Shown in pieces: positions 1-10,950 of a DNA stretch of 64,000 nucleotides. The stretch spans positions 384,001-448,000 of the forward strand of contig CAVUWV010000024.1 in NCBI GenBank assembly GCA_963745075.1. Reading direction: 5' to 3'. The translations under genes and the position numbers were made by a program. Every line of letters starts with the position of its first letter. Positions within the stretch are counted from its first letter, which is position 1. Origin of the DNA: Candidatus Hydrogenedentota bacterium. Its GTDB lineage: Bacteria; Hydrogenedentota; Hydrogenedentia; Hydrogenedentales; SLHB01. The notes under the pieces were generated by a model. That model saw nothing but the letters and a program-made list of their open reading frames with translations, searched no databases and was not told the origin of the DNA.

Positions 1-391
1 CGATCGCGACGCCGCCGCGCTGCAGAAGCTGGATACCGATCGGGTCCGCCTTTTTGTCGATGGCGAATACATGGATACCGCGCACCACGCCGAAAAATAT
101 GGCTTCCGCGTTTACAACGCCGACGGGTTTGACGACGAAATCGTATCGCCGAAATGCGAACTTCCGCACACCATGGCCTGTATCGGACCGAAAGGCAATC
201 TCTACACCTGTGGACTCGTTCTGGGCGAGGAACAGTTCCAGATGGGGCACTTCTTCGAGCGCAAGCTCAGTGCCGTGATGGACGATTCTTCGCTTCCCCA
301 TGAAATCCCCGAAGGGGTTTCCAAAGCCTCGCGGCGATGCAACGGGTGCCCGCCGCTGATGGCACAGAAGCTGCACGACGACATGGGGTGA
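1..391 (+). CDS. Radical SAM protein, C-terminal SPASM/Twitch domain (5'-partial)
   Basis: Frame is open from position 2. Cys pattern KC..HTMACIGPKGNLYTC...MGHF...CNGC is typical of SPASM domains. Confidence 0.65.
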   Translation, partial: DRDAAALQKLDTDRVRLFVDGEYMDTAHHAEKYGFRVYNADGFDDEIVSPKCELPHTMACIGPKGNLYTCGLVLGEEQFQMGHFFERKLSAVMDDSSLPHEIPEGVSKASRRCNGCPPLMAQKLHDDMG

Positions 392-510
392 TACCGTCAG
401 CCGAAGCGGCGACGCAGCGCGATCGAGCGACCGATACGACGGTCTTCGCGAGGATGAGATTCGGGGGCGCAGGTCCACGTAACACCTTCACCGCAAACGG
501 TGTGCGTTTC

Positions 511-539
511 TTGACACCCCGATCCCCGTATGCTATCAT
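511..539 (+). promoter_or_regulatory. sigma70 promoter for the tRNA-tig operon
   Basis: TTGACA (511-516), 17 bp spacer, TATCAT (534-539) with extended TG, 16 bp upstream of tRNA-Gly. Confidence 0.8.
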
Positions 540-555
540 TCCCGTCGCTCAGTGA

Positions 556-630
<75 letters not shown>

Positions 631-682
631 TTTTTTTTGTACCGGCGTGCGCCGTTCGGTGCGCGGTTCAGATTGTGGGCGT

Positions 683-758
683 GGGCCGCTAGCTCAGTTG
701 GTAGAGCAGGTGACTCTTAATCACAAGGTCGGGGGTTCGATCCCCTCGCGGCCCACCA
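683..758 (+). tRNA. tRNA-Lys (CTT)
   Basis: GGGCCGC/GCGGCCC acceptor stem, anticodon loop CTCTTAA, GGTTCGATCC T-arm, CCA end. Confidence 0.96.
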
Positions 759-841
759 TTTTTTCATTGCGGATTTCCGGAGATGCGGGGCGTGTTTGCC
801 TGAAGGCGGCCACGGACCCCAACAGAAACCCTGGGCACTCC

Positions 842-926
<85 letters not shown>

Positions 927-948
927 ACCATGAAGCGACAAGACGACC

Positions 949-2398
949 ATGGCAGAGAATGATTCGACCGATACCGGCGTAGCCGAAGAAGAAGAAACCC
1001 ACGCGGATCACGAACACGATCACGATCACGACCATGATGACGATGAGATCTCGTTCGTCGAAGATCCCACCTTTACCATCGACTACAAAGGCGAATGCGC
1101 CTACGAGGTGAAAGTCTCGATTCCCGCCGGCCAACAGGCAAAAACAGGCCGACGAAATGTATGACGAGCTTCGCCACGAGGCCGAGGTCCCGGGCTTTCG
1201 CCGCGGGCGCGCGCCCCGGCGCATCATCGAGAAGCGATTCGCCAAAGTCGTCCACTCCGAAGTCGACGCGAAACTCGTCAGCGCCGCCTTCCGCAAACTG
1301 ATCAAAGACGAGGATCTCCGTCCCATCCGTTTTCCGGACATCGACGGGCTCGATGAAGAGACCGAACGGAAAGAGGACGAGGCCCTCGAGTTCACGCTCA
1401 AGTTCGAGGTCGCTCCCAAGGTCGAGTTGGGCAAATACCGGGGTGTTAAAGTTGAGCGTCCCGTTGTCACCGTTGACGAAAAAGACGTGAACGAAGCGCT
1501 CGAAGAAATGCGCGGCCGCTATGCCACCTTCGAAACCGTCGAAGACGCCAAGGCTGCCGAGGGTGACCAGGTCGTCATCGATTTCAACGGCCTCATCGAC
1601 GGCGAGCAGTTCCCCGGCGGAGCGGCCCATGACTATCCCTACATCCTCGGCACGAAACGCTTTTTCCCCGAGTTCGAGAAGAAGCTGCTGAAGAGTTCGG
1701 CGGGCGACGAACTGACCTGCAAAGTCACCCTTCCCAAAGACGGACCCAACGAGGACCTACGCGGGAAGAAAGCGACTTTCACGATCAATGTAAAAGAGGT
1801 CAAGCGCCGCAATCTCCCGGAACTCGACGACGACTTTGCCAAGCAGGTGGGCGCCGAAAACGTCGAAGGCCTTCGCGAACGGATCATCACCCAGCTTCGC
1901 GAGAATTCGTCCGAGACCAGCGAGCGAATCGCCCGCACCAGCGCCCTCGACGCCGTCGTCAAGAAATGCACGTACGAAATCCCCAAGACTCTCATTGACG
2001 ACGTTGCCCGCACCCACTACGAAGAAGAAATCCGCCGCCTGATCCAGATGCGCGTGCCCGTCGATCAAATCGAGTCCCGCATGGAAGAAATCCGGAAGCA
2101 GGCCGAAGAGTCCGCCGTGGAAGAGATCAAGCGCACGGTCACCCTCACCGAGATTGGCGAAGCCGAAGGGATTGAAGTCACCGACGCGGATTTCGAATCC
2201 GAAATTACCAATATTTCCCGGCAGACCGGGGTGGACTCCGACACGGTCAGCCAGTATCTGTCGGAAGAAGCCGACCGCCGGAACACATACGAAGGCCGGA
2301 TCTTCCGCGCCAAGGCCATGGACCTCATCATGGAGCACGCCAAGGTCACCGACAAGGAAGTGCCCCGCGAAGAAATTGAGGAAGACAACAACGCATGA
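949..2398 (+). CDS. tig: Trigger factor with His/acidic N-terminal extension (one apparent frameshift near 1129)
   Basis: GFRRGRAP ribosome-binding signature, FKBP domain ([10 protein letters not shown]), position upstream of clpP. ORFs 949..1164 and 1157..2398 join if one G is removed at 1129-1130. Confidence 0.93.
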
Positions 2399-3000
2399 AT
2401 AGCCGTATGAGACATCCTCTCGACGTTCAAGCCGTCACCATCTACGAGCAGACCAGCCGTGGGGAACGGCCCTACGATATCTATTCGAAGCTTCTGGCGG
2501 ACCGCATCATTTTCCTCGGCATGCCCATCGACGACTACGTCGCCAATTACATCATCGCCCAGATGCTCTTCCTGGAAGCCGAGGATCCCGACAAGGACGT
2601 CTACCTCTACATCAATTCGCCCGGCGGCAGCGTCACGGCCGGGCTCGCAATTTACGACACCATGCAATACATCCGCCCGAGCGTTTCCACGATCTGCCTC
2701 GGCCAGGCCGCCAGTATGGGGGCCGTTCTCATGTGCGCCGGCGAAAAGACCAAGCGCTTTGCCCTGCCCTATTCCCGCTTCCTGCTTCATCAGCCCATGG
2801 GCGGTATCCAGGGGCAGGCCTCCGATATCGATATCCAGGCGCGTGAGATCATGCGCATTGGCGAGATGATAGATGAGATTCTCGTCAAGCATACCGGACA
2901 ACCCATCGAGAACATCCAGCGCGACAGCGACCGGGACTTCTTCATGGGCGCCGAGGAAGCGCGCGAATATGGAATCGTCGACGAAATTCTGCACCGTTAA
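2395..3000 (+). CDS. clpP: ATP-dependent Clp protease proteolytic subunit
   Basis: YINSPGG, GQAASMG (catalytic Ser), HQP (His), RDFF (Asp). Confidence 0.97.
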   Translation: MNSRMRHPLDVQAVTIYEQTSRGERPYDIYSKLLADRIIFLGMPIDDYVANYIIAQMLFLEAEDPDKDVYLYINSPGGSVTAGLAIYDTMQYIRPSVSTICLGQAASMGAVLMCAGEKTKRFALPYSRFLLHQPMGGIQGQASDIDIQAREIMRIGEMIDEILVKHTGQPIENIQRDSDRDFFMGAEEAREYGIVDEILHR

Positions 3001-3154
3001 ACCCATGCCCCGAAGTTCGACGCAACCCCGCGTGACACTTCGTGGATTCATCGTATGTGCCCTCTGGAGGAGCCAAAGGGTTGCACCTTTTGCCCTTAAG
3101 CTGGCACAATGAAGTGAAGTCAGCAGCGATCAAACGGGCTCGGCAAGAAAACTG

Positions 3155-3183
3155 TTGACAAAAAGACCTTAAACTGCTATAAG
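3155..3183 (+). promoter_or_regulatory. sigma70 promoter upstream of clpX
   Basis: TTGACA (3155-3160), 17 bp spacer, TATAAG (3178-3183) with extended TG; GGAGG RBS before the clpX ATG. Confidence 0.7.
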
Positions 3184-3218
3184 ACTCCTGGACATGGCAG
3201 TTCATAAGGGAGGTTTCT

Positions 3219-4493
3219 ATGGCCCCACATCGCGCCCGAGGTGATGTACATACCTGTTCATTCTGTGGCAAGCGGCACGATGAAGTCAGCAAGCTTATCG
3301 CCGGCCCCGACGTCAATATCTGCGACGAGTGCGTCAGCCTTTGCAGCGAAATCGTGGCCGAAGACCGGGCCCGAAAAGGGGTCACCAAGAGTCTCCGCGT
3401 CCCCAAGCCCGCCGAAATCAAAGATTTCCTCGACCAGTACGTCATCGGCCAGGACCGCGCCAAGCGCATCCTGTCCGTCGCCGTCCACAATCACTACAAA
3501 CGCATCGCCGCCGGGGGCGAAATCGACGGCGTCGAAATCCAAAAATCCAACGTACTACTCATCGGCCCTTCCGGTTGCGGTAAGACCCTGATGGCGCAGA
3601 CCTTGGCGCGTCTCCTCGACGTGCCGTTCGCAGTCGTCGACGCCACGACCCTGACCGAGGCCGGCTACGTCGGCGACGACGTCGAAAACATCATTCTCAA
3701 GCTACTTCAGGCCGCCGATTTCGACCAGGGCCGCGCCGAGATGGGTATCGTCTACGTCGACGAAATCGACAAGATCCACCGTAAGAGCGACAGCCCGTCG
3801 ATCACGCGCGACGTTTCCGGCGAGGGAGTCCAGCAGGCCTTGCTGAAGCTGCTCGAAGGTTCCGTCGCCAACGTGCCACCCCAAGGCGGCCGCAAGCATC
3901 CGCAGCAGGAGTGCATCCAGGTCGACACCACCAACATCTTATTCATCTGCGGCGGCGCCTTTAACGGATTGGAGCAGACCATCGAACGCCGCACCCGTAA
4001 GTCGGTGATTGGGTTCAACGCGGACATTCAGAGCCGCCGCGACCGGCGCATCGGCGAAATCCTCGCCATGGTGGAACCCGAAGACTTGATCAAGTTCGGG
4101 ATGATCCCCGAGTTCTCCGGGCGGCTTCCCGTCATTGCGACCTTGCATGAACTTTCAAAAGACGATTTGATCCGCATCTTGACCGAACCCAAAAACGCGA
4201 TCATTCGTCAATACCAGAAACTCTTCCAGTTGGAGAACGTCAAACTCCACTTCAAAGATGAAACCATCGAAACCATCGCCGAATTCGCCATCGAGAAAGA
4301 CACGGGCGCGCGCGGTCTCCGCAGCATCATCGAGGAGGCGATGAACGATATTATGTACGACATTCCCTCGCGCAAGGACGTGCGGGAATGTATCGTCACC
4401 TCCGGCGTGATTCGCGACGGTGAAGAACCGCTGCTGGTGTACGAACACGAAGACGAGTACGGCGACGAGACGGGCCGTTCGGCCATGGCCTGA
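3219..4493 (+). CDS. clpX: ATP-dependent Clp protease ATP-binding subunit ClpX
   Basis: C4 zinc finger CSFC..CDEC, Walker [13 protein letters not shown] pore loop, IGF loop. Confidence 0.98.
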   Translation: MAPHRARGDVHTCSFCGKRHDEVSKLIAGPDVNICDECVSLCSEIVAEDRARKGVTKSLRVPKPAEIKDFLDQYVIGQDRAKRILSVAVHNHYKRIAAGGEIDGVEIQKSNVLLIGPSGCGKTLMAQTLARLLDVPFAVVDATTLTEAGYVGDDVENIILKLLQAADFDQGRAEMGIVYVDEIDKIHRKSDSPSITRDVSGEGVQQALLKLLEGSVANVPPQGGRKHPQQECIQVDTTNILFICGGAFNGLEQTIERRTRKSVIGFNADIQSRRDRRIGEILAMVEPEDLIKFGMIPEFSGRLPVIATLHELSKDDLIRILTEPKNAIIRQYQKLFQLENVKLHFKDETIETIAEFAIEKDTGARGLRSIIEEAMNDIMYDIPSRKDVRECIVTSGVIRDGEEPLLVYEHEDEYGDETGRSAMA

Positions 4494-4569
4494 TCGGGTC
4501 TAATCCACGGCGTCTTCTGTCATAAGACCCTCAATGTTTCCTGGCGCAAGAGGGTGCACCACTTTGGAG

Positions 4570-4601
4570 CCGGAAGGGCCTGGTCCCTTCCGGTCTTTTT
4601 T
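4570..4601 (+). terminator. Intrinsic terminator after clpX
   Basis: CCGGAAGGG/CCCTTCCGG stem followed by TCTTTTTT. Confidence 0.75.
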
Positions 4602-4793
4602 GCGTTTACCGCAGGCCGGCTAGCCGCCGGTTGCCGCGGCGTGTGATCGAATTCGTTCCGAGTGAGCCAGACTTTATACTGAATAATGCCGGGCGCATTG
4701 CCGCTGTACGTTCCGTGCGTGCAAAAGCCCCAAACCAATTTGTAGATCGAACCGGCCGGACCGCATTCGTCCGGACGGCGTGGAGATTCCTCG

Positions 4794-7208
4794 ATGCCTG
4801 CGAAACGAAAACCCAGGAAGACGGCCCCCGCGGAGCGATTCCCCTTGCTCCCCTTGAAGGATGTGGTTGTCTTTCCCCGCATGGTCGTGCCGCTCTTGGT
4901 GGGTCGCCAGCAATCGCTGATCGCCGTCGAAGAAGCCCTCGCGACAGGGAGCCCCCTTTTCCTCTGCACTCAACGGGATCCCGCAGTCGAAACTCCCAGC
5001 GCCGATGAGCTGTACACCATTGGCGTGGCCGCCGGGATTCTCCAGACCCTTCGCATGCCCGACGGCACCATGAAAGTCGTGATCGAGGGGCTCGGGCGGG
5101 GACGCGCCGGGCGCATGCGCGACCGCGACGGGTTCGTCGAGATCACCGTTACCCGTCTCGATGAGGTTAATTTCGAAGGCGAAAACGCGGAAGCCTTAAT
5201 GCGAACCACCCTCGGTCAGTTCGAGCAATATAGCCGGCAAAGCGGACGCGTTGCTCCCGAGGTGGTCGCTTCCCTGAAAGGCGTTAACGAGGCAAACACC
5301 TTGTGCGACCTCATCTGCGCCTATATGCCCTTGCGCGTCGAGGAACGGCAGGAACTCCTCGAGAGCGTGCCGGTCAAGGATCGATTGGAACTGCTGTCTT
5401 CGTTTCTCATGCGCGAGATTGAAATGCTCGACATGGAACGGCGTGTCCGCGACCGAATCCGCGAGCAGATGGACCGAAGCCAGCGCGAGTACTACCTTCA
5501 CGAGCAGCTTAAAGCGATCCACCAGGAACTTGGCCAGCGCGAAGGCGGAGACGAGCTGACCGAACTCCGCGAAATGATCGACAAAGCCGCGATGCCCAAG
5601 GAAGTCCGTGAGAAAGCCGTCCGCGAACTCGGACGTTTCGAGCGGATGCCTGCCATGAGCCCGGAAAGCGCGATCATTCGCACCTACCTCGAATGGCTCG
5701 TGGACGTTCCCTGGAAGAAACGGACCCGCGACGCCCTGGACCTGGTGAAGGCCCGAAAGGCTTTGGACGAAGACCATTACGGCCTCGACAAGGTTAAAGA
5801 GCGAATCCTCGAGTTCCTCGCGGTCCGCAAGCTCAGTCGCAGCACTCGCGGGCCCATCCTTTGCCTCGTCGGCCCCCCGGGCGTCGGGAAAACTTCCCTG
5901 GGCAAATCCATCGCCCGCGCCATGGGACGCAAGTTCGTGCGCGTCTCCCTCGGCGGCGTGCGTGACGAAGCGGAAATCCGCGGGCACCGCCGCACGTATA
6001 TTGGCGCCTTGCCCGGTCGGGTCATACAAAGCATGAAAAAGGTTGGCGTCAAGAACCCCGTCTTCATGCTCGACGAAATCGATAAAATGAGCATGGACTT
6101 TCGCGGCGACCCCTCTTCGGCACTGCTCGAAGTGCTGGACCCGGAGCAGAACCAGACCTTCAGCGATCACTACATGGAAGTGGACTTCGACCTCCACGAG
6201 GTCTTCTTCATCACCACGGCCAACAGCGAGTATGAAATCCCCGAACCCCTTCACGACCGTATGGAGGTGGTGCGTCTTTCGGGATACACCATGCACGAGA
6301 AAGAGCACATCGCTCGCCTCTTCCTCGTCCCGAAACAACGTATCGAAGCGGGATTGAAAGAAGGCGTCATTCGATTCGCGGATGACGGTCTCCAGACCAT
6401 CATCCGGCGATACACCCGCGAAGCCGGCGTGCGCGAATTAGAGCGTCAGATCGCCCGCATCTGCCGGAAGATCGCGCATAAGGTCGTAACCACAAAACGA
6501 AAAAAACGATTCGTCGTGGACGGGAAGTTCGTCCAGGAACTGCTTGGTCCGCCCGAGTACTCCGATTTGCGGGCCGATGAAAATCCCCAGCCCGGCGTCG
6601 CGGTCGGTTTAGCCTGGACCTGGGCCGGCGGCGACATTCTCCACATCGAAACCAGCACGATGCCCGGAAAAGGAAACTTGACCCTCACCGGACAACTCGG
6701 CGACGTGATGAAGGAATCGGCGCAGGCCGCCTACACCTACCTGCGTGCCCACGCAAAAGCGCTGCGGATTCCCGTTCACTTCTACCGCAACGTGGACATG
6801 CACATCCACATCCCCGAAGGCGCCATACCCAAGGACGGCCCGTCCGCCGGGGTCTCCCTCGCGGTATCCATTGCGTCTGCCCTGCGCAACAAGGCCCCGA
6901 GCCCCGCCGTGGCCATGACCGGTGAAATCACCTTGCGGGGCCGCGTGCTCGAAGTCGGAGGAATCAAGGAAAAAGTCCTCGCCGCGCACCGGGCCGGCAT
7001 CAAGAAAATCATTATGCCCGCAGAAAATGAAAAGGACCTTCTCGAAGTTCCCCAGGAAGTGAAATCCGACATAACCTTTGTTTTCGTAAAAGAGGTCGAC
7101 GAAGTCGTGCGCACCGCCTTCGACGACACCGCCAAGCGCCGCGCCCGGACCAAGGCCAAAACGAAGACCAAGAAACGCACACCTGCGCGACGGACTCCAC
7201 GCAAATGA
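4794..7208 (+). CDS. lon: Lon protease
   Basis: LON N-domain, GPPGVGKT Walker A, DGPSAG catalytic Ser, GGIKEK catalytic Lys. Confidence 0.98.
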   Translation: MPAKRKPRKTAPAERFPLLPLKDVVVFPRMVVPLLVGRQQSLIAVEEALATGSPLFLCTQRDPAVETPSADELYTIGVAAGILQTLRMPDGTMKVVIEGLGRGRAGRMRDRDGFVEITVTRLDEVNFEGENAEALMRTTLGQFEQYSRQSGRVAPEVVASLKGVNEANTLCDLICAYMPLRVEERQELLESVPVKDRLELLSSFLMREIEMLDMERRVRDRIREQMDRSQREYYLHEQLKAIHQELGQREGGDELTELREMIDKAAMPKEVREKAVRELGRFERMPAMSPESAIIRTYLEWLVDVPWKKRTRDALDLVKARKALDEDHYGLDKVKERILEFLAVRKLSRSTRGPILCLVGPPGVGKTSLGKSIARAMGRKFVRVSLGGVRDEAEIRGHRRTYIGALPGRVIQSMKKVGVKNPVFMLDEIDKMSMDFRGDPSSALLEVLDPEQNQTFSDHYMEVDFDLHEVFFITTANSEYEIPEPLHDRMEVVRLSGYTMHEKEHIARLFLVPKQRIEAGLKEGVIRFADDGLQTIIRRYTREAGVRELERQIARICRKIAHKVVTTKRKKRFVVDGKFVQELLGPPEYSDLRADENPQPGVAVGLAWTWAGGDILHIETSTMPGKGNLTLTGQLGDVMKESAQAAYTYLRAHAKALRIPVHFYRNVDMHIHIPEGAIPKDGPSAGVSLAVSIASALRNKAPSPAVAMTGEITLRGRVLEVGGIKEKVLAAHRAGIKKIIMPAENEKDLLEVPQEVKSDITFVFVKEVDEVVRTAFDDTAKRRARTKAKTKTKKRTPARRTPRK

Positions 7209-7888
7209 AGGTACTTTCCACCACGTTCGTCAAGAGTGCCCTGCGCCCGGACCACTATCCCCGGGATGGCCGCCCCGAGATCGCATTTGTCGGGCGGTCG
7301 AATGTGGGCAAGTCCACCATGCTTAACACGCTACTTAATCGCCGGGGGCTCGCCAAGACCAGTAAGACGCCGGGCAAAACCCAGACCGTCAACTTCTTCG
7401 ACGTAAACGGTTCGTTTTACTTCGTCGACCTGCCGGGCTACGGATACGCCAAGGTCTCCAAGTCGCTCCAGCAGAAATGGGCGAAAATCCTCACGGACTA
7501 CCTCATCGACCGGCCGCCTCTCCGGCTGGTGGTCCAGTTGGTCGACAGTCGGCACAAACCCGGCGCGAACGACCATCACTTGCTCGATCTGGTCGAACAA
7601 GCGGAAGTCCCCACCGTACTCGTGGCCACCAAAACCGACAAACTCAAATCGGCCGAATTGGCACGCCTGCCTAAATCGCTGCGCGAACACCTCGGTCTCG
7701 AGGAGGACGCGCTCATCGTTCCGTTCTCTTCCATGACGAAGAGCGGCGTCAAACTGCTGTGGGAACGTCATCAGAAGACCAGTTGGGTCCCGCTTCCTGA
7801 CAGATTTCGCAGTATTTGGGATCCTTCGTTTTATCTGTTTCATTTTGCCCTCATCAACTGTACAATGAGTGAAGTTCTTGGGAAATGA
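7205..7888 (+). CDS. engB: Ribosome biogenesis GTPase EngB/YihA (true stop probably at 7800; indels in the 3' end)
   Basis: GRSNVGKS, DLPGYG, TKTD motifs; follows lon. Removing two bases near 7761-7773 restores LLWNVIEDQLGPAS* ending at 7800. Confidence 0.93.
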   Translation: MKVLSTTFVKSALRPDHYPRDGRPEIAFVGRSNVGKSTMLNTLLNRRGLAKTSKTPGKTQTVNFFDVNGSFYFVDLPGYGYAKVSKSLQQKWAKILTDYLIDRPPLRLVVQLVDSRHKPGANDHHLLDLVEQAEVPTVLVATKTDKLKSAELARLPKSLREHLGLEEDALIVPFSSMTKSGVKLLWERHQKTSWVPLPDRFRSIWDPSFYLFHFALINCTMSEVLGK

Positions 7889-7927
7889 CGTGTTGAGGCC
7901 GTGACGTGCATTCATTGGGAGTCGTGA

Positions 7928-9040
7928 ATGGACATCTTCAAGCGCATTACCGATCTGTTGACCCCGCCACCTCAGAAGGCAAGCGCAACATCAAGCACAG
8001 AGCCAAATGAAGATTCTCCGGAAGCGGAAGCTGTCCCCACCGTAAACCTGGGCCGGTCGGTGAAGGCACTCGTTTCCGCGCCGGCGCTGGAGCACCCGCA
8101 AGCCCTAGAGGCGATTGCCGAATTAAAACAAATCGCTGCAACGTCGGGCCTCTACGTGGTGGCTTCCAAGGTGCGGTTCCAGTTGGATGCCATGCCGCGC
8201 GCCGATGTGAGCGGCGCCATCAACTGGAAAGATCGCGCGTACGTTCTTGCGGCGGACTTCATTTACCAGCACATCACGCGAGACCTTCGGGCCATCGAAG
8301 CACAGAACCGTCCGGTTGGCCCCAACATCTTCCGCAGTTACTGCAACGAACTGGTCGCGTGTCTGTTGTGTGGCAAGAACGTCCGTCGCGCCATCGAACT
8401 GCCGGTGCTGATCGTCGAGGACCTGTTGCACATGGCCGTTGCGTATGCCAACCGGCGCGATCGCTATCTCGAACTTGCTGATGTCGCTGCGAATGCCACC
8501 GTCACGCAAACGATGGCGAAGCTCGAAGCCGATCAGCGAGAACGCAACCGGCGCCGCCATGAAGACAAGCGCGGAGACATTCCATCAACGCCACCATCGG
8601 ACCCCACCGCCCGGTTGGACTCCGAATCGGTGCTTTACGCGAAACGGATTCAAGAGCAATTGGATCGAATTCGCCGTGAGCTTACGACCATTCCGCCGGT
8701 GCCGGTGCCGGCGGATCAGAACGATCGGGCCGCCGTTCTGCGGTTCGCCGACTACCTGCGCACGCTGATTGCGGTAGCCGACCGCGCGGCGTACGTGGCG
8801 TGTGTCGCTTTGCTTCAATCCCATCTCGGCGGTTTGTTGGCCCGGAGCAATGCCGGGGAGGCGGCCGCCCACTATCGTCAGGCCGCGCAGAAGCTCGAAA
8901 CCCTCGCCATATCCGAGCATAAACTGCTCTTTTCCAAGCTATGTGGGCGGCGATTGGCGCGCGCGGCCGAGTTGTACCTGCTGGTCGGTGATCAGGTTGC
9001 AGCCCAAAAGTGCCGGACCGCCTCCAAGAACGGGCACTGA
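7928..9040 (+). CDS. Hypothetical alpha-helical protein with TPR-like C-terminus
   Basis: 370 aa ORF with GGGAG RBS; Ala/Leu-rich helical composition; no recognised family. Confidence 0.6.
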   Translation: MDIFKRITDLLTPPPQKASATSSTEPNEDSPEAEAVPTVNLGRSVKALVSAPALEHPQALEAIAELKQIAATSGLYVVASKVRFQLDAMPRADVSGAINWKDRAYVLAADFIYQHITRDLRAIEAQNRPVGPNIFRSYCNELVACLLCGKNVRRAIELPVLIVEDLLHMAVAYANRRDRYLELADVAANATVTQTMAKLEADQRERNRRRHEDKRGDIPSTPPSDPTARLDSESVLYAKRIQEQLDRIRRELTTIPPVPVPADQNDRAAVLRFADYLRTLIAVADRAAYVACVALLQSHLGGLLARSNAGEAAAHYRQAAQKLETLAISEHKLLFSKLCGRRLARAAELYLLVGDQVAAQKCRTASKNGH

Positions 9041-9142
9041 CGCCAACTCGTCCTCGTCCCCTGCACCGTGGTACCATGGCACCGTTTCCAAGAGTCGCTT
9101 GGTACATGGTGAAACCACGCCGTCTCGCCGCAAGGAGCGCGC

Positions 9143-9844
9143 ATGCAGGCCGAGGATCGTCCAATACATTTCTCGACAGAATTGATACACGCGCCGAAAC
9201 CGGTCAAAGTCTCGGCGTTGCAGCGTCTTTACTACGAACTCTCCCAGACCGACACTGCTGCATACATGAATACAGAGTTCGCCCCCAACGTCCCGCCGCG
9301 ATTCCATTCGCGCCGCGGACCCAAGGCGCAGTCGCTGCTCCTTTTTCTCCCGGACCGGATGATGGCCGCGGAAGAATGGGTCGACATTCCATTCCGCACG
9401 TTTCTCAGGAAGGTTGAAACCATTATCGCCCATGCCGGGCCCGCGTTGGAGACCGGACCCATCCTGCTCCATACGGCGACCGTGCGCACAACCTTCGCGC
9501 TTACCCATTTTGACGATGCCCGGTCGTTTTTGCTCGACCAGGTTTGCCGGCAGGAGGGCCGGATCGCACCATACTTCCAGCGTCCGGTCAGCATCGGCGG
9601 TCTGCGATTTGTACTCCCGGAAACGGAAGAGTTTCGCGGGGCGCTTCACGTCACCATCGAATCCTACCGGCGAAGCCAACGGGAGATCTACGTCGAAGTG
9701 AAGGGCATTTTCCAAAACCAGCGGATCGACCCCGACTCCACCGACTGCGCCCGCGAAAACATGCAGATCGTGCGCGATTTCGTCAATGACTCCATCTATC
9801 CCTATCTCGCGCAGTTCGACGCACCGTCGGAGGTCTCGGAATGA
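9143..9844 (+). CDS. Hypothetical protein
   Basis: 233 aa ORF with AAGGAG RBS and typical codon usage; no recognised motif. Confidence 0.7.
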   Translation: MQAEDRPIHFSTELIHAPKPVKVSALQRLYYELSQTDTAAYMNTEFAPNVPPRFHSRRGPKAQSLLLFLPDRMMAAEEWVDIPFRTFLRKVETIIAHAGPALETGPILLHTATVRTTFALTHFDDARSFLLDQVCRQEGRIAPYFQRPVSIGGLRFVLPETEEFRGALHVTIESYRRSQREIYVEVKGIFQNQRIDPDSTDCARENMQIVRDFVNDSIYPYLAQFDAPSEVSE

Positions 9845-9903
9845 TCCGGGGCCGAGGCGCCGCCCAGTCCATTGAAACGCCCTAATCCCTCGGAGTCCGT
9901 CCC

Positions 9904-10911
9904 ATGAATGGGCCGAAAGTTTCCGTCATCCTGCCGTTCTGGAACGCCGCCGACACGCTTCCCGCCGCGATCGACTCCGTTCAGAACCAGACCTTCCGCG
10001 ACTGGGAACTCATTCTGATCGACGACGGTTCCGCCGACGATTCCCATCGTATCGCACGTTCCTTCGAACAACGCGATTCGAGAATCCACCTGCTGCGGAC
10101 GCCCCATTCCGGTATCGTGAAATCTCTTCAGGTCGCCTGCGGCCACGCCCAGGGGCGCTACCTCGCTCGCATGGACGCCGACAACGTCGCTTATCCCAGC
10201 CGTCTCGAAAAACAATTCCGCCTGATGGAAACTGATTCGGCCATTGGTCTCTGCGGCGCACACGTCAAAATGATGGGCGACAAGATTGGCATGGGCCGTC
10301 GGCGGTACGAACGCTGGATCAACGGATTGGTGGCGCACGACGCGATCGTGCGCGAACTCTTCGTGGAATGCCCAATCGCCCATCCCACATTCTTTATGCG
10401 GCGAGACGCCTACGAAACCATCGGAGGCTATCATGACCGCGGCTGGCCGGAAGACTACGATCTCTGCATGCGTTGTTGGCTGGCCGGCGTCCGGTTTGCC
10501 AAGATAGACGAGGTCTTGCTGGAGTGGCACGATCGGCCGAACCGGCTTTCCATGGCCGATTCCGCGTATTGCCCTGAACAATTTCGCGCGTTGAAGCGTC
10601 ACTATCTTGAGCTAAGCCATTTCGCCGCGTTGTCCGGGCGGAGATTCTACCAGTGGGGCGCGGGCGAAGTCGGAAAGGTCTGGCTCCGGGAGTGGGGCCA
10701 CCGAATGCCGGAAGCTGTCGTCGACATCAACCCGCGGAAAATCGGCCGCCGAATCCACGAGGTCCCGGTGGTCGACACGGAAGAACTCCCGGCCCCGGGC
10801 CAAGTGTTTGTTATTGTTGCAGTTGGGGCACCTGGCGCACGGGAGGAAATCCGTCAGTTTCTGACGCCGCGTGGCTATGTCGAAGGCACTGACTATCGTT
10901 TCGTGGCATGA
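9904..10911 (+). CDS. Glycosyltransferase family 2 with C-terminal Rossmann-like domain
   Basis: VSVILPFWN, IDDGS, MDAD, EDYDL motifs; C-terminal WGAGEVGK. Confidence 0.9.
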   Translation: MNGPKVSVILPFWNAADTLPAAIDSVQNQTFRDWELILIDDGSADDSHRIARSFEQRDSRIHLLRTPHSGIVKSLQVACGHAQGRYLARMDADNVAYPSRLEKQFRLMETDSAIGLCGAHVKMMGDKIGMGRRRYERWINGLVAHDAIVRELFVECPIAHPTFFMRRDAYETIGGYHDRGWPEDYDLCMRCWLAGVRFAKIDEVLLEWHDRPNRLSMADSAYCPEQFRALKRHYLELSHFAALSGRRFYQWGAGEVGKVWLREWGHRMPEAVVDINPRKIGRRIHEVPVVDTEELPAPGQVFVIVAVGAPGAREEIRQFLTPRGYVEGTDYRFVA

Positions 10912-10916
10912 AGGCC

Positions 10917-10945
10917 TGTAAACCTTTCAAGGGCGTGACACGTTT
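10917..10945 (+). promoter_or_regulatory. Putative ECF-sigma (autoregulatory) promoter
   Basis: TGTAAAC, 17 bp spacer, CGTTT directly upstream of the ECF sigma ATG; matches the generic AAC...CGT ECF pattern. Confidence 0.45.
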
Positions 10946-10950
10946 AGAAC

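Noticed and set aside
1120..1165. Programmed ribosomal frameshift in tig (and the other split genes)
   Set aside because: No slippery heptamer with a stimulatory structure; similar indels are scattered across unrelated genes, which points to sequencing error.
4541..4558. Possible sigma54 promoter TGGCGC...TGC upstream of lon
   Set aside because: GG-to-GC spacing is 11 rather than 10 bp, and the site lies upstream of the clpX terminator.
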